A stretch of 64,000 bases of DNA from an uncultured Fibrobacterota bacterium (GTDB lineage Bacteria > Fibrobacterota > Chitinivibrionia > Chitinivibrionales > FEN-1185), in assembly GCA_963753345.1 (NCBI GenBank), contig CAVWBU010000026.1, positions 192,001-256,000 of the forward strand, given 5' to 3'. A model generated the notes under the pieces. It made no database searches. It was given only the letters and a program-made list of their open reading frames with translations, and was not told where the DNA came from. The position numbers were made by a program, and so were the translations under genes. Every line of letters begins with the position of its first letter. Positions within the stretch are counted from its first letter, which is position 1. Of this stretch, positions 47,838 through 58,605 are shown piece by piece.

Positions 47838-48890
47838 ATGCCTCTCAAACTCACCTGGGCGGAACGCCAGATCTTCCTAAACCGCGCATGGGGGCCCGGT
47901 CCTCTGCTCGACATGTTTTCCGCGCTCGGGTTCAAGGCGGTGTGCGCCGCCGTGAAGCTGAGTCTGTTTGAGACCCTGGAATCCGGCGGCCCTCAAACGC
48001 CGGCGCAGGTCGCTTCGACCATCGGCGCCGACGGCCGGGGCGTGGAACTTCTCCTGCGCGTGCTGCAGGGACTGGGGTACGTGCGCCGAAGGGGAAAATC
48101 GCGTTATGTCAATTCTCCGATGACCCGCGCCTGGATGCTTCCCGACTCGCCGGTCGACTGCTCCGTCATGCTGGGATATTTCGAGGACGCCTGCGAGCGC
48201 TGGTCGAGGCTCGATGCCTCAATCCGCGGCGGCGCGCCGGCCGAGACCTGCGACAAGTGGCTCAACCGCCACCCGGGAACCTGGGAGCGCTATCACGCGA
48301 ACATGTACGGTGTGGCGCGGCTTATCTCCGGGGAAATCGGGGCGCGGTGCAAACTGCCGCCGTCCGCGAAACGGCTCATCGACCTCGGCGGCGGCCACGG
48401 GCTTTACAGCGTGGAATTCTGCAGGCGCAATCCCTTGCTCTCCGCCGTGGTCTTTGACTGGCCGCAGGCCAGGGCAGCCGCCGAGCAAACGATACGCAAC
48501 CACGGGATGGCCGAAAGGGTTCGCTTTACGGAGGGGGATTTCTTCCGTGACGACATCGGCGCCGGCTACGACGCCGCGCTCCTGTTCAACGTGATCCGGA
48601 TCTTCATGGAGGGCGACGCCGTGGCGCTCCTTTGCAAGGCGCGGGACGCGCTCAGGGCGGGCGGCAAGGTGTTCGTTGCAGATCAGTTCAACTCAAGAAC
48701 GCCCACGGAGTTCTCTAAAGTAAACGCATTTCTCGTTCACCTCGAACTGTACAACGGGTGTCCGGGCATTTCGTACACCGCCTCCCAGGCAATGGACATC
48801 CTGGGCAAGGCGGGATTTTCGCAGGCACGGGAAATTCCGCTCAGGCGCGCCGGGGGCGTGAGCGTGATCGAGGCGGTGCGCGGCTCCTAG
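47838..48890 (+). CDS. SAM-dependent O-methyltransferase (dimerisation domain + Methyltransf_2)
   Basis: AAVKLSLFE, LIDLGGGHG, FDWP, GDFF. Confidence 0.9.
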   Translation: MPLKLTWAERQIFLNRAWGPGPLLDMFSALGFKAVCAAVKLSLFETLESGGPQTPAQVASTIGADGRGVELLLRVLQGLGYVRRRGKSRYVNSPMTRAWMLPDSPVDCSVMLGYFEDACERWSRLDASIRGGAPAETCDKWLNRHPGTWERYHANMYGVARLISGEIGARCKLPPSAKRLIDLGGGHGLYSVEFCRRNPLLSAVVFDWPQARAAAEQTIRNHGMAERVRFTEGDFFRDDIGAGYDAALLFNVIRIFMEGDAVALLCKARDALRAGGKVFVADQFNSRTPTEFSKVNAFLVHLELYNGCPGISYTASQAMDILGKAGFSQAREIPLRRAGGVSVIEAVRGS

Positions 48891-48988
48891 ACGCCTTCGC
48901 AGATGTCCCTCATTTATCTGTTGCGCTAAAACAGGAACATACTATTTTTCTCTTTGGATACTCCCTTCCTTTTTTACAGGAGGCTACC

Positions 48989-49501
48989 GTGAGAAAATCA
49001 ATGAAAGTCGCCGCGGCACTGTGTCTAGCCGCGCTCTTTGTTTCCTGCAGCTCGCCTTCGTCTTCCTCTTCGACTACTCCGGTCACACCCAAAGCGTTTA
49101 CGTTGACCGCCACTGTTGATGGCACAACGCAGTTTTCCGGCGGCGCCACGATCACAATCTTTCCTAACGGCAATACGTCGGTGATCGATATTAAGGCCAC
49201 CTCTTCGTCGCTGGGTCAAAGCATGGAGCTTTCTTTTGTGTCTCAGTCAAAGGTGACAGCGCCGGTCACGCTTGGCCCTACCAGCCCGGGATTTGTGAGG
49301 GGCCAATACTTCTATGGTGACGTGGGGAGCAATACAGTCTGGCTCAGTGGAGACACCGCTACTGCAACCGTCGATTCCTTTTTCGTGGGACCGACCGATA
49401 CGACCCTTGCCGTTGATTTTTCATTCGCTGCATGGGGCGGTGAAGGTACAGGAACCGCGACCCTCAAGAATGTCACGGCAGGAAGGGTTCGGAAGAACTG
49501 A
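48989..49501 (+). CDS. Putative lipoprotein
   Basis: AGGAGG RBS, FVSC lipobox, Ser-rich linker. Confidence 0.7.
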   Translation: MRKSMKVAAALCLAALFVSCSSPSSSSSTTPVTPKAFTLTATVDGTTQFSGGATITIFPNGNTSVIDIKATSSSLGQSMELSFVSQSKVTAPVTLGPTSPGFVRGQYFYGDVGSNTVWLSGDTATATVDSFFVGPTDTTLAVDFSFAAWGGEGTGTATLKNVTAGRVRKN

Positions 49502-49529
49502 CGCCGAATAATCGTGTCTATCAAAAACG

Positions 49530-49561
49530 AAAGAGGCGCGGGCAAAATCCGCGCCTCTTTT
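49530..49561. terminator. Bidirectional intrinsic terminator
   Basis: AAAGAGGCGCGG-loop-CCGCGCCTCTTTT between convergent genes. Confidence 0.8.
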
Positions 49562-49588
49562 GTCATCTCCTAACGTTCCGATCCGCTG

Positions 49589-49819
49589 CTAGTTGTACAT
49601 CCCCAGGTGCCGCCGCACAGTTTCCGTGAGCTTTCCCCACGGAATAAAGATGGAATCGGTGCGGATGCGGTTCTGCGGCCCCGTGGTCACCTGGTGGATG
49701 ATCTCGACGCCGTCCTTCTCCTCGTAATACCAGTTGTGCTCGTCGATATTCTGCGGTGCAACCGAATGGTGCACGAGATGAATGTTCCGCTCCAGGCCCG
49801 TGTCGCTCTGCTTTCTCAT
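49589..49819 (-). CDS. Small hypothetical protein
   Basis: AAGGAG RBS; MRKQSDTG..WYYEEKDGVEIIHQ. Confidence 0.55.
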   Translation of the reverse strand: MRKQSDTGLERNIHLVHHSVAPQNIDEHNWYYEEKDGVEIIHQVTTGPQNRIRTDSIFIPWGKLTETVRRHLGMYN

Positions 49820-49856
49820 GAGAAGTTCTCCTTTTCCTGCGGCACAAACGCCGCCG

Positions 49857-50615
49857 CTATTCTTCCTTAATAGTGATATTGCCGCTGGTAGCCGAACAGG
49901 TGATGACGGCCGTGGAATCCCCGCCGTTGAGGGCGGTTTTATTTCCGTGCGGAGTGGTAATGACCCCTGATTTTGTGGAAAGCGCCAGGTTCGCGCTGAA
50001 GCTGCGCGGGACGCTGATGCTGATATTCCCGCTTGTCGTGTTGAATGTTGCGCTTGCAAAGGTGCTGTCCGGCTCAAGGGTTGCGTCGATGTTCCCGCTT
50101 GTCACGCTGATGTAGCAGCCGTGGACGACGTCGGCGCTTACGTTGCCGCTGGTGGATTCCAGATTGATAAACCCGTTGATGCCGGAGAGCGTGATGTTGC
50201 CCGAGCTGGTTGTTGCGTACACGTCAAGCGAACGGTTGACCACAAGGGTCGCCTCTTCGAACCGGAGAAGCTCCCACAGGTCCTTGTTGTCGGTGAGGGA
50301 GAACCCCACCGTTGCCACGCCGTTTGCCGGGGTGACCGTCACGGTAAGCTGGTCGGCCGCGGTCTCGCCCGAACCCTGTATCGCCATTTCGCTCACCGTG
50401 AGGGTCGCCTTGACGACCGAATCGGCGGTCCCGCTTACCGTGATATTGCCCAGACGGTCGCCCAGATCGATCGACGCTACGTTGACGGAAGCGCTTGAGC
50501 ACTCGCCGCTTTTCTCGGTGGTGATCCTCGTTGCGTTAAAGACGCATCCGGCCGCACCCGCCGCGGCGAGCGCCGCCAGGGGCCACAGAAGGCTTCGAAC
50601 CGTTTTCACGTTCAT
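49857..50615 (-). CDS. DUF4097-like beta-strand repeat lipoprotein
   Basis: AAGC lipobox; repeated T(T/S)SGNI. Confidence 0.8.
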   Translation of the reverse strand: MNVKTVRSLLWPLAALAAAGAAGCVFNATRITTEKSGECSSASVNVASIDLGDRLGNITVSGTADSVVKATLTVSEMAIQGSGETAADQLTVTVTPANGVATVGFSLTDNKDLWELLRFEEATLVVNRSLDVYATTSSGNITLSGINGFINLESTSGNVSADVVHGCYISVTSGNIDATLEPDSTFASATFNTTSGNISISVPRSFSANLALSTKSGVITTPHGNKTALNGGDSTAVITCSATSGNITIKEE

Positions 50616-50633
50616 CGGAGTGCGGTCCTTTCG

Positions 50634-51767
50634 TCAGAAGTTGAAGGCGTAGGACATGCCCACGTCGATCCACAGTGCGCCCTGCGGCAGCACGCCCGAG
50701 TGCTGGCTCAGCGCCGCGGTGTAGTAGGGTCCGTAGGCCGCGTAGTTGAGGCGCACAAGGGGGCTAATCGAAAAATGATTTCGTACCCATACTTCGTTGA
50801 ACAGCGCAAGGAACGGCGCCACGCTTGCGCGGGCAGGGTGCCCCGCGCCCACCCGCCCCTCCACCGAAACGCCTGCCACGGCGCCGAGCTGCAGTCTCTT
50901 GACAGGAAAGATTGCGAATCGCGCCGAAGGAGATGCCGCCACCGCGTACCGCTGTCCGTCCGGCGTCTCCTCCCAGTAAGCCGTGATGTCCTGCAGGCCC
51001 AGGTCGAAGTTCTTGGTGAGCGTGTAGGTGAGGAACATGCCGTGGAGAAGGAGCAGGTCCAGCTTCTGCTGGTTGTAGGGACCGACGTCGGTGATGCGGA
51101 GCTGGAACCCGAAATGCAGGGGAAACCGTTTTGAAAGCGCAAGCGGGTTCTGGTCTTCGGCGAGCCTGTTGGCTTTTTCCGAAAGGTCTTCCGCAAGGTC
51201 TTCGCGCTTGCCGGCGGTCTCCTCGAGTTCACGGGCCTTGACGGACATCTCCCGGGATTTGTCGAGGAGCTCCTGGGAGTTTTCCTGGATTTCCTGCACC
51301 AGTTTTTTCTGCTGTTCCAGGTCCTGCGACGTATCACTTGACATATGCGAAAGCACGGCGTCGAGGCTGTCCGCCTGGAATTCGTACAGGGAATCTTCCG
51401 CGGTCTTCGCGCCGTGCGCCCGCCTCACGCGCTCGACGTCGGCCTGGATGAGTTTCTTGATCCGCTCGATTTCCGTTCGCACCTGCCCGGCGGCGTGGCG
51501 GACGTCCTGCTCGCCGATTTCCTGCTGGAGTTTTTCCGCCTTTTGCTGGGCTTCGACGGCCCGCTTTTCAGCGTCGTCGGACGAGCGGTTGAGGGTATCT
51601 GCCAGATCGCGCAGCGCCTTTGCCTCCGCCTTGAGCCGCGCCGCGTCGGCGCGCAGGCTTTCAACGCTCACGCGGTTGGTTGCGGAATCTTGGGCCGCGT
51701 TCAGGGGAAAAAAAAGTGCGAGCAGAATTGCGGGCATCGCGCGCACCAGTTTCGACGAAAGTGTCAT
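50634..51767 (-). CDS. Secreted protein with N-terminal coiled coil and C-terminal beta-barrel-like domain
   Basis: Heptad-rich N-half; C-terminus YAFNF; start codon uncertain. Confidence 0.6.
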   Translation of the reverse strand: MTLSSKLVRAMPAILLALFFPLNAAQDSATNRVSVESLRADAARLKAEAKALRDLADTLNRSSDDAEKRAVEAQQKAEKLQQEIGEQDVRHAAGQVRTEIERIKKLIQADVERVRRAHGAKTAEDSLYEFQADSLDAVLSHMSSDTSQDLEQQKKLVQEIQENSQELLDKSREMSVKARELEETAGKREDLAEDLSEKANRLAEDQNPLALSKRFPLHFGFQLRITDVGPYNQQKLDLLLLHGMFLTYTLTKNFDLGLQDITAYWEETPDGQRYAVAASPSARFAIFPVKRLQLGAVAGVSVEGRVGAGHPARASVAPFLALFNEVWVRNHFSISPLVRLNYAAYGPYYTAALSQHSGVLPQGALWIDVGMSYAFNF

Positions 51768-51944
51768 GTGAAACCTCGTTTGTGCTGAACGATAGGGGCC
51801 GGGTTCTGTAGAAGAATTTACCATTGCCTTTGTAAGCCGGGCAATCACGGAATCCGCCACCTGCACGCGGGGTCGGTGAACTGCATCGCGCGACAGGCGG
51901 TAACGGGGAAATCGGGCGCTTCTGTCAACAAACGGGAGGGGCGG

Positions 51945-52655
51945 TCACGCGGCCGGGCTTTCCAGCCTTGTGCGGATTGCCTGATAATGCGTCCGGCTCA
52001 CCGGGAGCAGGGTACCGTCGCGCAGCTCGAGCTCGTACCTGCCGCCGCCATGGACGCGGATTTCCTTTGCGTCAAGCAGGTTCACGATGTACGACTTGTG
52101 AATGCGGCAGTAGGTTGGGGGCAGGAGGCGGGAGAGCGACTCCATGGACTTGGCGTACAGCTCGAGGGTGCCGTTGGTCAGGTGGAGTTCCACGTAATCG
52201 TCGGCCCCCTTGAAGAACCGAACGGATTCCACGGGGATGAGCCGGACCGCGCCCAGGTTTTTTACGGCAAGGAGCCGCATGCCGGGCGACGGCGCGGGCA
52301 CGGCCGACCGGAGCCTGTCGAAAGCCTTTTTGAGGCGCTCGCGGTCGTAGGGCTTGGGCACGAAGTCGAGCACGCCGTACTCGAACGCCTTGACGGCCTG
52401 GTCAAGGCTTGCCGAGACCACAATGGTGTGGAACGATCCTGCCGCCATGCGCGACAGCAGTTCGAAGCCGCTGGCGCCGTTCAGGTTGAGGTCGAGAAGC
52501 ACGAGGTCGGCACGGTGGCCGGCAAGGTGTTCCTCGGCCCCGGCGAGGGAGTTCTTTATTGCCAAGGAACCGGCGGCGGCGCCGAGGATCTCGGCGGTCA
52601 TGCGCTCAAGCCGGCGTGCGGCAAGCGCCTCGTCTTCCACAATGAGGATGTCCAT
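51945..52655 (-). CDS. LytTR-family response regulator
   Basis: IVEDE, LLDLNL, DFVPKP, RIHKSYIVN, PVSR. Confidence 0.93.
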   Translation of the reverse strand: MDILIVEDEALAARRLERMTAEILGAAAGSLAIKNSLAGAEEHLAGHRADLVLLDLNLNGASGFELLSRMAAGSFHTIVVSASLDQAVKAFEYGVLDFVPKPYDRERLKKAFDRLRSAVPAPSPGMRLLAVKNLGAVRLIPVESVRFFKGADDYVELHLTNGTLELYAKSMESLSRLLPPTYCRIHKSYIVNLLDAKEIRVHGGGRYELELRDGTLLPVSRTHYQAIRTRLESPAA

Positions 52656-52657
52656 GG

Positions 52658-54466
52658 TCACGCTGCCCCCTGCACAATCTCCATGCGCGCCTCCCAGCCT
52701 CCCGGCACCGGGCCGCCGGAAAATTTCCATGCCCCCGGAAACGCCTCCTCAAGTCGGGTCTTTACGTACCGGACGCCGGTTCCCTCGGGGCCCGGAACCA
52801 CGGCCGCGTCGCCTACGCCGTCGTTGAAAATAATGTAGGTGACGCGCGCGCCGTCCGTCTTCCGGCGGAACACGAACTTCCCGCGGCCGTCCTTGCAACC
52901 GTGGGTGAGGCCGTTTTCCACCAAGGTGTGCAATACCAGGGGCGGAACGCGTTCGGCCTCCGGCGCTGTTTCCGCTTCAAGAACGTAGGCGCGGTCGTGG
53001 CGCAGTCCCATCACCTCAAGGTGAAGGCCGCACAGCCTGAGTTCTTCGTTGACCGGAACGAGTTTCTCCTTTGAAAACTGAATCATCAGACGCAGCTCTT
53101 CGGCAAGGGCGTTGACAAGACGGACCGCATTGGCGGGGTTCTCCTCCAGCCACGCGACAATGGAGTTGAGCGAATTAAGCAGGAAATGGGGCTGGATGTG
53201 CTTCTTGAGAAGCTCGAGTTCGAGCCGCGCGCTCCGCAGCTCGCTTTCCTGGCGTCTGCGGTTCTGTTCGGCCATCTGGCGGGAGAGCGACAGCGTGAGC
53301 AATACGATGAGCGCGCAGAACCCCAGGGCCCAGGCATAATCGGTGCGGCGCTGGAACGAAACGTAGATGCCGGCAAACAGCGCGATGCAGCCCGAAAGGG
53401 CGAGCACGGCCCCCTTGTTTCTGCGCAGAACATTGATAAAAGCGATAACCGCCGAGAACAGCGTCACGGCATACATCAGGAAACGGTTCGCAACGTCGAA
53501 GACGGGAAGCCAGCCCACCGGCAGCAGCCCGAACATAATGAGCCGTGGCGGCACGATACAGGCAAGCGCCACGACAGCAATTGCGGCCGAGAGTTTGTGG
53601 CGCAGCGGGTGGGCGAACTCGTACAGAAAGAAGACCGGCAGAAGCGCCATCATGAGGAACCACGGGATGTCGTTGACAAGTGCGATGGCGTAGTAATGCG
53701 CCAGGTTGGTGGGGAAGTAGCTTACGGCGACGTCGATGAGCAGGTACACGGCCGACGACAGGCACAGCACCGCGAACAGCGCGTAGGCGGGCCCGCGCGC
53801 GCGTCCGAGGATCACGGCGAAGTGGAACAGGGCGGTGATGAGGAAGACCCCGGCGCACAGGATCAGCAGGGTCTGGCTGCGGCGCATGCCGCCGAGCAGC
53901 TCGTCGAAATAGCCTATTTGTAAAGGAGTTTCCACGAGGCCGGAGAACGTTTTTGCGTTTCCCACCCTGAGCGCGACCGTGTGCCTGCCCGGCGTTGCAA
54001 GGTAGCGCGGCACAATCGCAAACGCCGCCGAAACGCCGGGGGCCTCGGGAGAATTTCCCATGGCGATCCTGCCGTTTTGCGAAATGAGAACGCCGTCCCA
54101 GTACAACTCCGAGGCGCATACAGCGGCGCGGCAGAACAGGCCGCAGGGCCTCAGGGAATCGAGCGGCTCCGGAAGAAAGATCGTCTTGCGGTACCACTGC
54201 ACGCCCGTGCCCGGCGCCTTGTCGCGCGCCCACAGCGTCCCGACCGCTTCGGCGGTCCAGCGCGAATCATCGAAGCCTGGAAAGCGCCATGCGGAATCGT
54301 CTCCCCGGCGTGTTTTCCACAGCGCCAGAAAGGTGACCGGCGTTTCATTGGGAAACAGGTACACGGCCGTGGAATCGGCAGGCTGGGCGCCGCATTCCGG
54401 AATTCCGCAGACGCCGCAGACAATCAGTATATTTAGAATGACACGAACTGCCAATAATTGGCGCAT
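52658..54466 (-). CDS. LytS/YehU-type sensor histidine kinase with periplasmic sugar-binding-like and 7TM domains
   Basis: FDDSRW, WYRK, about 7 TM helices, QPHFLLNSLN, LVENG. Confidence 0.88.
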   Translation of the reverse strand: MRQLLAVRVILNILIVCGVCGIPECGAQPADSTAVYLFPNETPVTFLALWKTRRGDDSAWRFPGFDDSRWTAEAVGTLWARDKAPGTGVQWYRKTIFLPEPLDSLRPCGLFCRAAVCASELYWDGVLISQNGRIAMGNSPEAPGVSAAFAIVPRYLATPGRHTVALRVGNAKTFSGLVETPLQIGYFDELLGGMRRSQTLLILCAGVFLITALFHFAVILGRARGPAYALFAVLCLSSAVYLLIDVAVSYFPTNLAHYYAIALVNDIPWFLMMALLPVFFLYEFAHPLRHKLSAAIAVVALACIVPPRLIMFGLLPVGWLPVFDVANRFLMYAVTLFSAVIAFINVLRRNKGAVLALSGCIALFAGIYVSFQRRTDYAWALGFCALIVLLTLSLSRQMAEQNRRRQESELRSARLELELLKKHIQPHFLLNSLNSIVAWLEENPANAVRLVNALAEELRLMIQFSKEKLVPVNEELRLCGLHLEVMGLRHDRAYVLEAETAPEAERVPPLVLHTLVENGLTHGCKDGRGKFVFRRKTDGARVTYIIFNDGVGDAAVVPGPEGTGVRYVKTRLEEAFPGAWKFSGGPVPGGWEARMEIVQGAA

Positions 54467-54618
54467 ATTCAGGATGATTTCGTGAAAGAAGTCGTATCCT
54501 TTACAGTGCCGGATTTCCCGTATGTCAGGATTTCGATCATAAGAATACTTGATGGGACATCCGCGTGCGAGAAAATAATTCGCGGCTGCCGGCGGCACTT
54601 CCGGGAGCATTTCCGGGC

Positions 54619-55104
54619 ATGACAAGCAAACGGAAACAATTGCGAGGATTCCGATCAACGGCGGCGGTTTTGGCCCTTATCGCGCTGTGTATGGGCTGGC
54701 TTCCCTTTGCGCGCTCCGCGCGGGCGCAGGTCTTCCGGGGATATTCGCAGAGCGGTTCTTTACAGATGAAATCGGACCTGCGGGGCAACAGAAAAGTCAT
54801 CACCACGTATTACGCGAGCGGCAAGCTCGAGGCGGTTTACGAATACGAAGACGGGAAGCTGAACGGCGTGACGCGCCAGTACTACGAAAACGGGGTGCTG
54901 AGGACCGAAACCTGGTACAAGAACGACAAGCGGGACGGTACGGCGAAGTTCTATTATCCGAGCGGCATGCTCAAGGCGAGGATCGAGTATCAGAACGATG
55001 TGCAGACGGGCGTGCCACGGCTGTACGACGAGAAAGGCAGGCCTCTTCCGGTTCCCGGCGCAGAAAAACCCGCCGCCACCGTCCCTTCCTCTTCTGCTCG
55101 ATAA
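54619..55104 (+). CDS. MORN-variant repeat (YwqK-like) secreted protein
   Basis: Repeated YY.SG.L..E..Y..G...G. Confidence 0.8.
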   Translation: MTSKRKQLRGFRSTAAVLALIALCMGWLPFARSARAQVFRGYSQSGSLQMKSDLRGNRKVITTYYASGKLEAVYEYEDGKLNGVTRQYYENGVLRTETWYKNDKRDGTAKFYYPSGMLKARIEYQNDVQTGVPRLYDEKGRPLPVPGAEKPAATVPSSSAR

Positions 55105-55118
55105 AGAGTATTGTCCTG

Positions 55119-55892
55119 TCAACCTTCGGCATCGTCGCGGGCTTCCCGCGCGCCTTTCTCCAACCTCGTGATATCGCGGATCGGCAGGCCGCCCAGCGCG
55201 GCGATCACCGATCGGTCCGGAATCTGCTTGTTCTTCCGGATGAACGAGTACTGTCCGATGACGCAATTTCTTCCGATGGTCACTCCCGGACTTATGTAGC
55301 ATTGCTGGCCGATGAAGGTGTTGGCGCCTATCTTTACCGGCTGCAACAGCAGGAAGCCATGCTCAAACGTGTGACAGGAGATGTCGGACTTGCCGCCGAT
55401 GATCACGTTGTCGCCGATTTCAAGAAGGTACGCGTCATTGAGAAACCACGTATTGATCGAAACGTTCCTGCCGATTTTCGCACCGATAATCCGGAAAAAC
55501 AATGTTGCCAGGAAACTGAGCGGAATTAACTCGAGGATCGTTTTACCTGCCAGGTGATAGATGCCGCTGTACGTGAGCCACCGAATCATGGTGAACGACA
55601 CCATGGGATACCTGCCTGCCTTCATGCCGAGGCTGAGGAGCCGGACCACAACGCTCATCACAATGGTGCCGGAAATGAAATACAGGAATAGCGCAAGTCC
55701 GCAGGCCACCGAAAATGCAAGAACATGGAGCGGCGCACCCTGCGCCAGAATAACCTTCTTCGCCCAGAATACGAGGCAGATCGACGGTGTCAGCGAAATA
55801 CCGATGACTAGCGCGTCTCCGGCGTAGATGACAAGAGTGACAAGCGCCTGAATCAGTTCCGATTTGCCAATGGCGGCAATGACTTTGTTCAT
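55119..55892 (-). CDS. Membrane-anchored hexapeptide-repeat acyltransferase-like protein
   Basis: N-terminal TM helices; GAKIGRNV, IGDNVIIG, IGANTFIG, GVTIGRNCVIG. Confidence 0.8.
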   Translation of the reverse strand: MNKVIAAIGKSELIQALVTLVIYAGDALVIGISLTPSICLVFWAKKVILAQGAPLHVLAFSVACGLALFLYFISGTIVMSVVVRLLSLGMKAGRYPMVSFTMIRWLTYSGIYHLAGKTILELIPLSFLATLFFRIIGAKIGRNVSINTWFLNDAYLLEIGDNVIIGGKSDISCHTFEHGFLLLQPVKIGANTFIGQQCYISPGVTIGRNCVIGQYSFIRKNKQIPDRSVIAALGGLPIRDITRLEKGAREARDDAEG

Positions 55893-57278
55893 CACACAAT
55901 CCCTTGGTTCTGGTTTGCGGCAAGCCTGCTTTTGATTTCTGCGTGCTTTGCCGCGTTGATGGGGTAAAACGCAAGGATCGCAAGTCCGGCAGCAATAAAG
56001 GCGAGCGGCAACCCCGCAAGAAGCACGTTGATTCCCCGGATGGCGCTTAAGGATTGGTCGAGCACCGCGCCGCCCGGTGCCTGGGCAAATCCGGTCGCCG
56101 AGAGAACGGCGCCGTTGATTGCTGCGCTTGCGGCCATGCCGAGCTTTTGGACAAAAAACCACAGGCCGTAATAGATGCCCTCATTGCGCCGGCCGGTCTG
56201 CATTTCCCCGTATTCAACCACGTCGGGAATCATGGACCACAGCACGATGAAGAACGACGACAGGCCGATTCCGGAAACTATTGCCAGCGAATAGAAGACC
56301 CCCTGGCCCGCGGCAAGCCCGATCCGCGAAACGCAAACAAGCCCCGCGGCAAACACCGCCATGCCTGCGAAAAGCGAAACTTTCTTTGATGCCGCCTTCG
56401 AAACCCAGGCCCAGAGTGGCAGCGCGGCGATCGCGGCCATCACCAGCACTCCCATAACGAGGCTCGACTGGAAGTCGCTGCGGAGCCTGAGCGAATACTT
56501 CACAAAGTAAACGAATATCCCCGATACGCCGGTGGTGGCGATGGTGAGCAGCAGATACGACGAGACCAGGAGCACGAACGGCCTGTTGCGGAAGGCCGAA
56601 AGCCATATCCGGAAGTGGACGCCTTCCGGTTTGTCAACCACCGTGTCGCGGTTGCGCGTTGCGGCAACGGCGGTGAGGCCGCCGCCGAGCATCACCACGC
56701 CGTACACGCCCGCCATTCCCGGGTACCCGACGTGGGGCAGGCCCGCGAGCAGCTGGGTGGCCCCGGCGCCGATGATCATTGCGAAGAGGGAGAAGACCAT
56801 CCGCACGCCCGTGAGGCTCGTGCGTTCGTGGTAGTCGCGGGTGAGATCGGCGGTCATGCTGCCATAGGGAATATTGTACATGGTGAAGGAAGTGGAGAAC
56901 AGAACAAACAGCAGCGAATACACGACGAACTGCACCGATCTGATTTCCGGGAAACCTGAACCACAGCAGGGCGAAGAATATAACAAAGGGGCCGATGGCG
57001 GCAAGCATCCAGAACCGGTGCTTGCCTTGCTTCGACGTCGTGCTGTCGACAATCATTCCCATCACGGGGTCCATGACAGCGTCCCATGCCCTGCCGATAA
57101 GGAGTACGAGCCCGGCAAGATAGGCCGGCATGCCGACAACCGTGTTGAGGAAATAAAGATAGAAAAAATTGAGGACGTTAAAGGCAAGTCCGGCGACAAG
57201 ATCGCCGGAACCATAGCAAAGTTTTATGCGCAGCGAAAGTGATTCCCTGCCGTGCGGGCCGCCGTCTGCAAGGTTCAT
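55892..57278 (-). pseudogene. GPH-family (MelB-like) MFS sugar:cation symporter with a +1 frameshift at about 56935
   Basis: YGSGD, WDAVMDP..G..VD in one frame; NIPYGSM..LT....ERT, MIPDVVEY..GRRNEG in the next. Confidence 0.8.
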
Positions 57279-57282
57279 GGCC

Positions 57283-58173
57283 CTATTCCTTTGGTACAAA
57301 GGCGTCCGCAAGCCGGAAATCGGCGCCGAGCATGCAGCCGACAAAGTACCTGTGGTTAAAAAGCGGATCCTGCGGATAGAAACCGACGGTCACCGCCGCA
57401 AAGGTGGATTTGAGGGCCGGGCGCGTCGGCTTGACAATTGCAATTGCGCACAGCCGTTGCGACCGGAGCGCCGTCCCCGTCACGTACGCGAAGCGGTACG
57501 TGGCGCCGGCCAGAAGCCAGGGCGAGCATTCGGCGAGAAGATATGCTTCGTTGATGACGTCGAGATCGTTCGTGCGGTGCGGCAGGTACGAGCGCACCTC
57601 GAGGAAATACCCGGTGCCGTTGATGCCCAGCTGGTTCACCGTCACGGTGTTGAGCGCGACAAGCCGCCAGAGTTTCGCCTTGAGGGTGGGAGCCACCGAA
57701 ATCCAGTATCCGCGGGCGTTGTCCGGCGTAAGCTTCCGTTGCGCGTCCGGCCCGTACGCGTCCTTTGGAGACCCGAGCCTGAAACACCCGTAGCCGAGCA
57801 GGTTGTACATGTCGTATACGCCCGCCTTGCACACCAGTTCGAAAAACGCCACCGGCTCCATGCTGACCCGCCCGGACGCCACATTGTCGGCAGGCGTCCA
57901 TTCGTTTTGCACCCCGCCCGCGATGTTTGTGGATTCCCAGAGAAGGCCCGGTTTCTTGACAAGAGGAAGTCTCCCGAAAAGCCTGCTGTCGAGAATGACG
58001 CCCAGCGGATTGAGCGAAGCGCCTATGGACTGGCTGAAGAACAGCCCATCATCGGTTTTCTGGGCAATGGCTGCCGAGGCGACAACAAGGATAAAGAGCG
58101 CGGCAACTGCTCCGGAAATGCTGGAAGAATTTGTGTTCAGGGGATCCGAACGTGCGGTGCGATTGGATTGCAT
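57283..58173 (-). CDS. Putative outer-membrane beta-barrel protein
   Basis: Signal-like hydrophobic segment, amphipathic strands; start codon uncertain. Confidence 0.55.
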   Translation of the reverse strand: MQSNRTARSDPLNTNSSSISGAVAALFILVVASAAIAQKTDDGLFFSQSIGASLNPLGVILDSRLFGRLPLVKKPGLLWESTNIAGGVQNEWTPADNVASGRVSMEPVAFFELVCKAGVYDMYNLLGYGCFRLGSPKDAYGPDAQRKLTPDNARGYWISVAPTLKAKLWRLVALNTVTVNQLGINGTGYFLEVRSYLPHRTNDLDVINEAYLLAECSPWLLAGATYRFAYVTGTALRSQRLCAIAIVKPTRPALKSTFAAVTVGFYPQDPLFNHRYFVGCMLGADFRLADAFVPKE

Positions 58174-58605
58174 TTCCGGTAAGGTCTTCAAATGACGTGC
58201 CAGAGAGTCCGATGTTGTGCAACGTGTTGTTTCATAAGCGGAAATCCTGCTTTGGCCTGCGTTGCTCGAAAGGCCGATAACTATGCAGGAGCGCAACGAG
58301 GTGACCGTTATGTGCAATTCCGCAACCGAATCTTCAGAAAGACCTAGAACGGATGTGCGAAACGGCCGAACTTCCCTACGTATCCCTTGTTGAACGCAGG
58401 AACGGTTCCTGGAGTATCTTCTCCCTTTTGCTCACCAATAATATAGTCTTCGCTCGTCTGCTTTGCACATGCGAAAGCGGAAAACCTGGCGATCGAGGCC
58501 TGCCGCATGTTATTTCTAAAACATGGCGCGGTTCGGAGACCCCGCCGTCGCCGCGAAAACGGACGTGCCGGGGCGGACACCATTTGCTAGGGGAGACAAG
58601 CCGGC

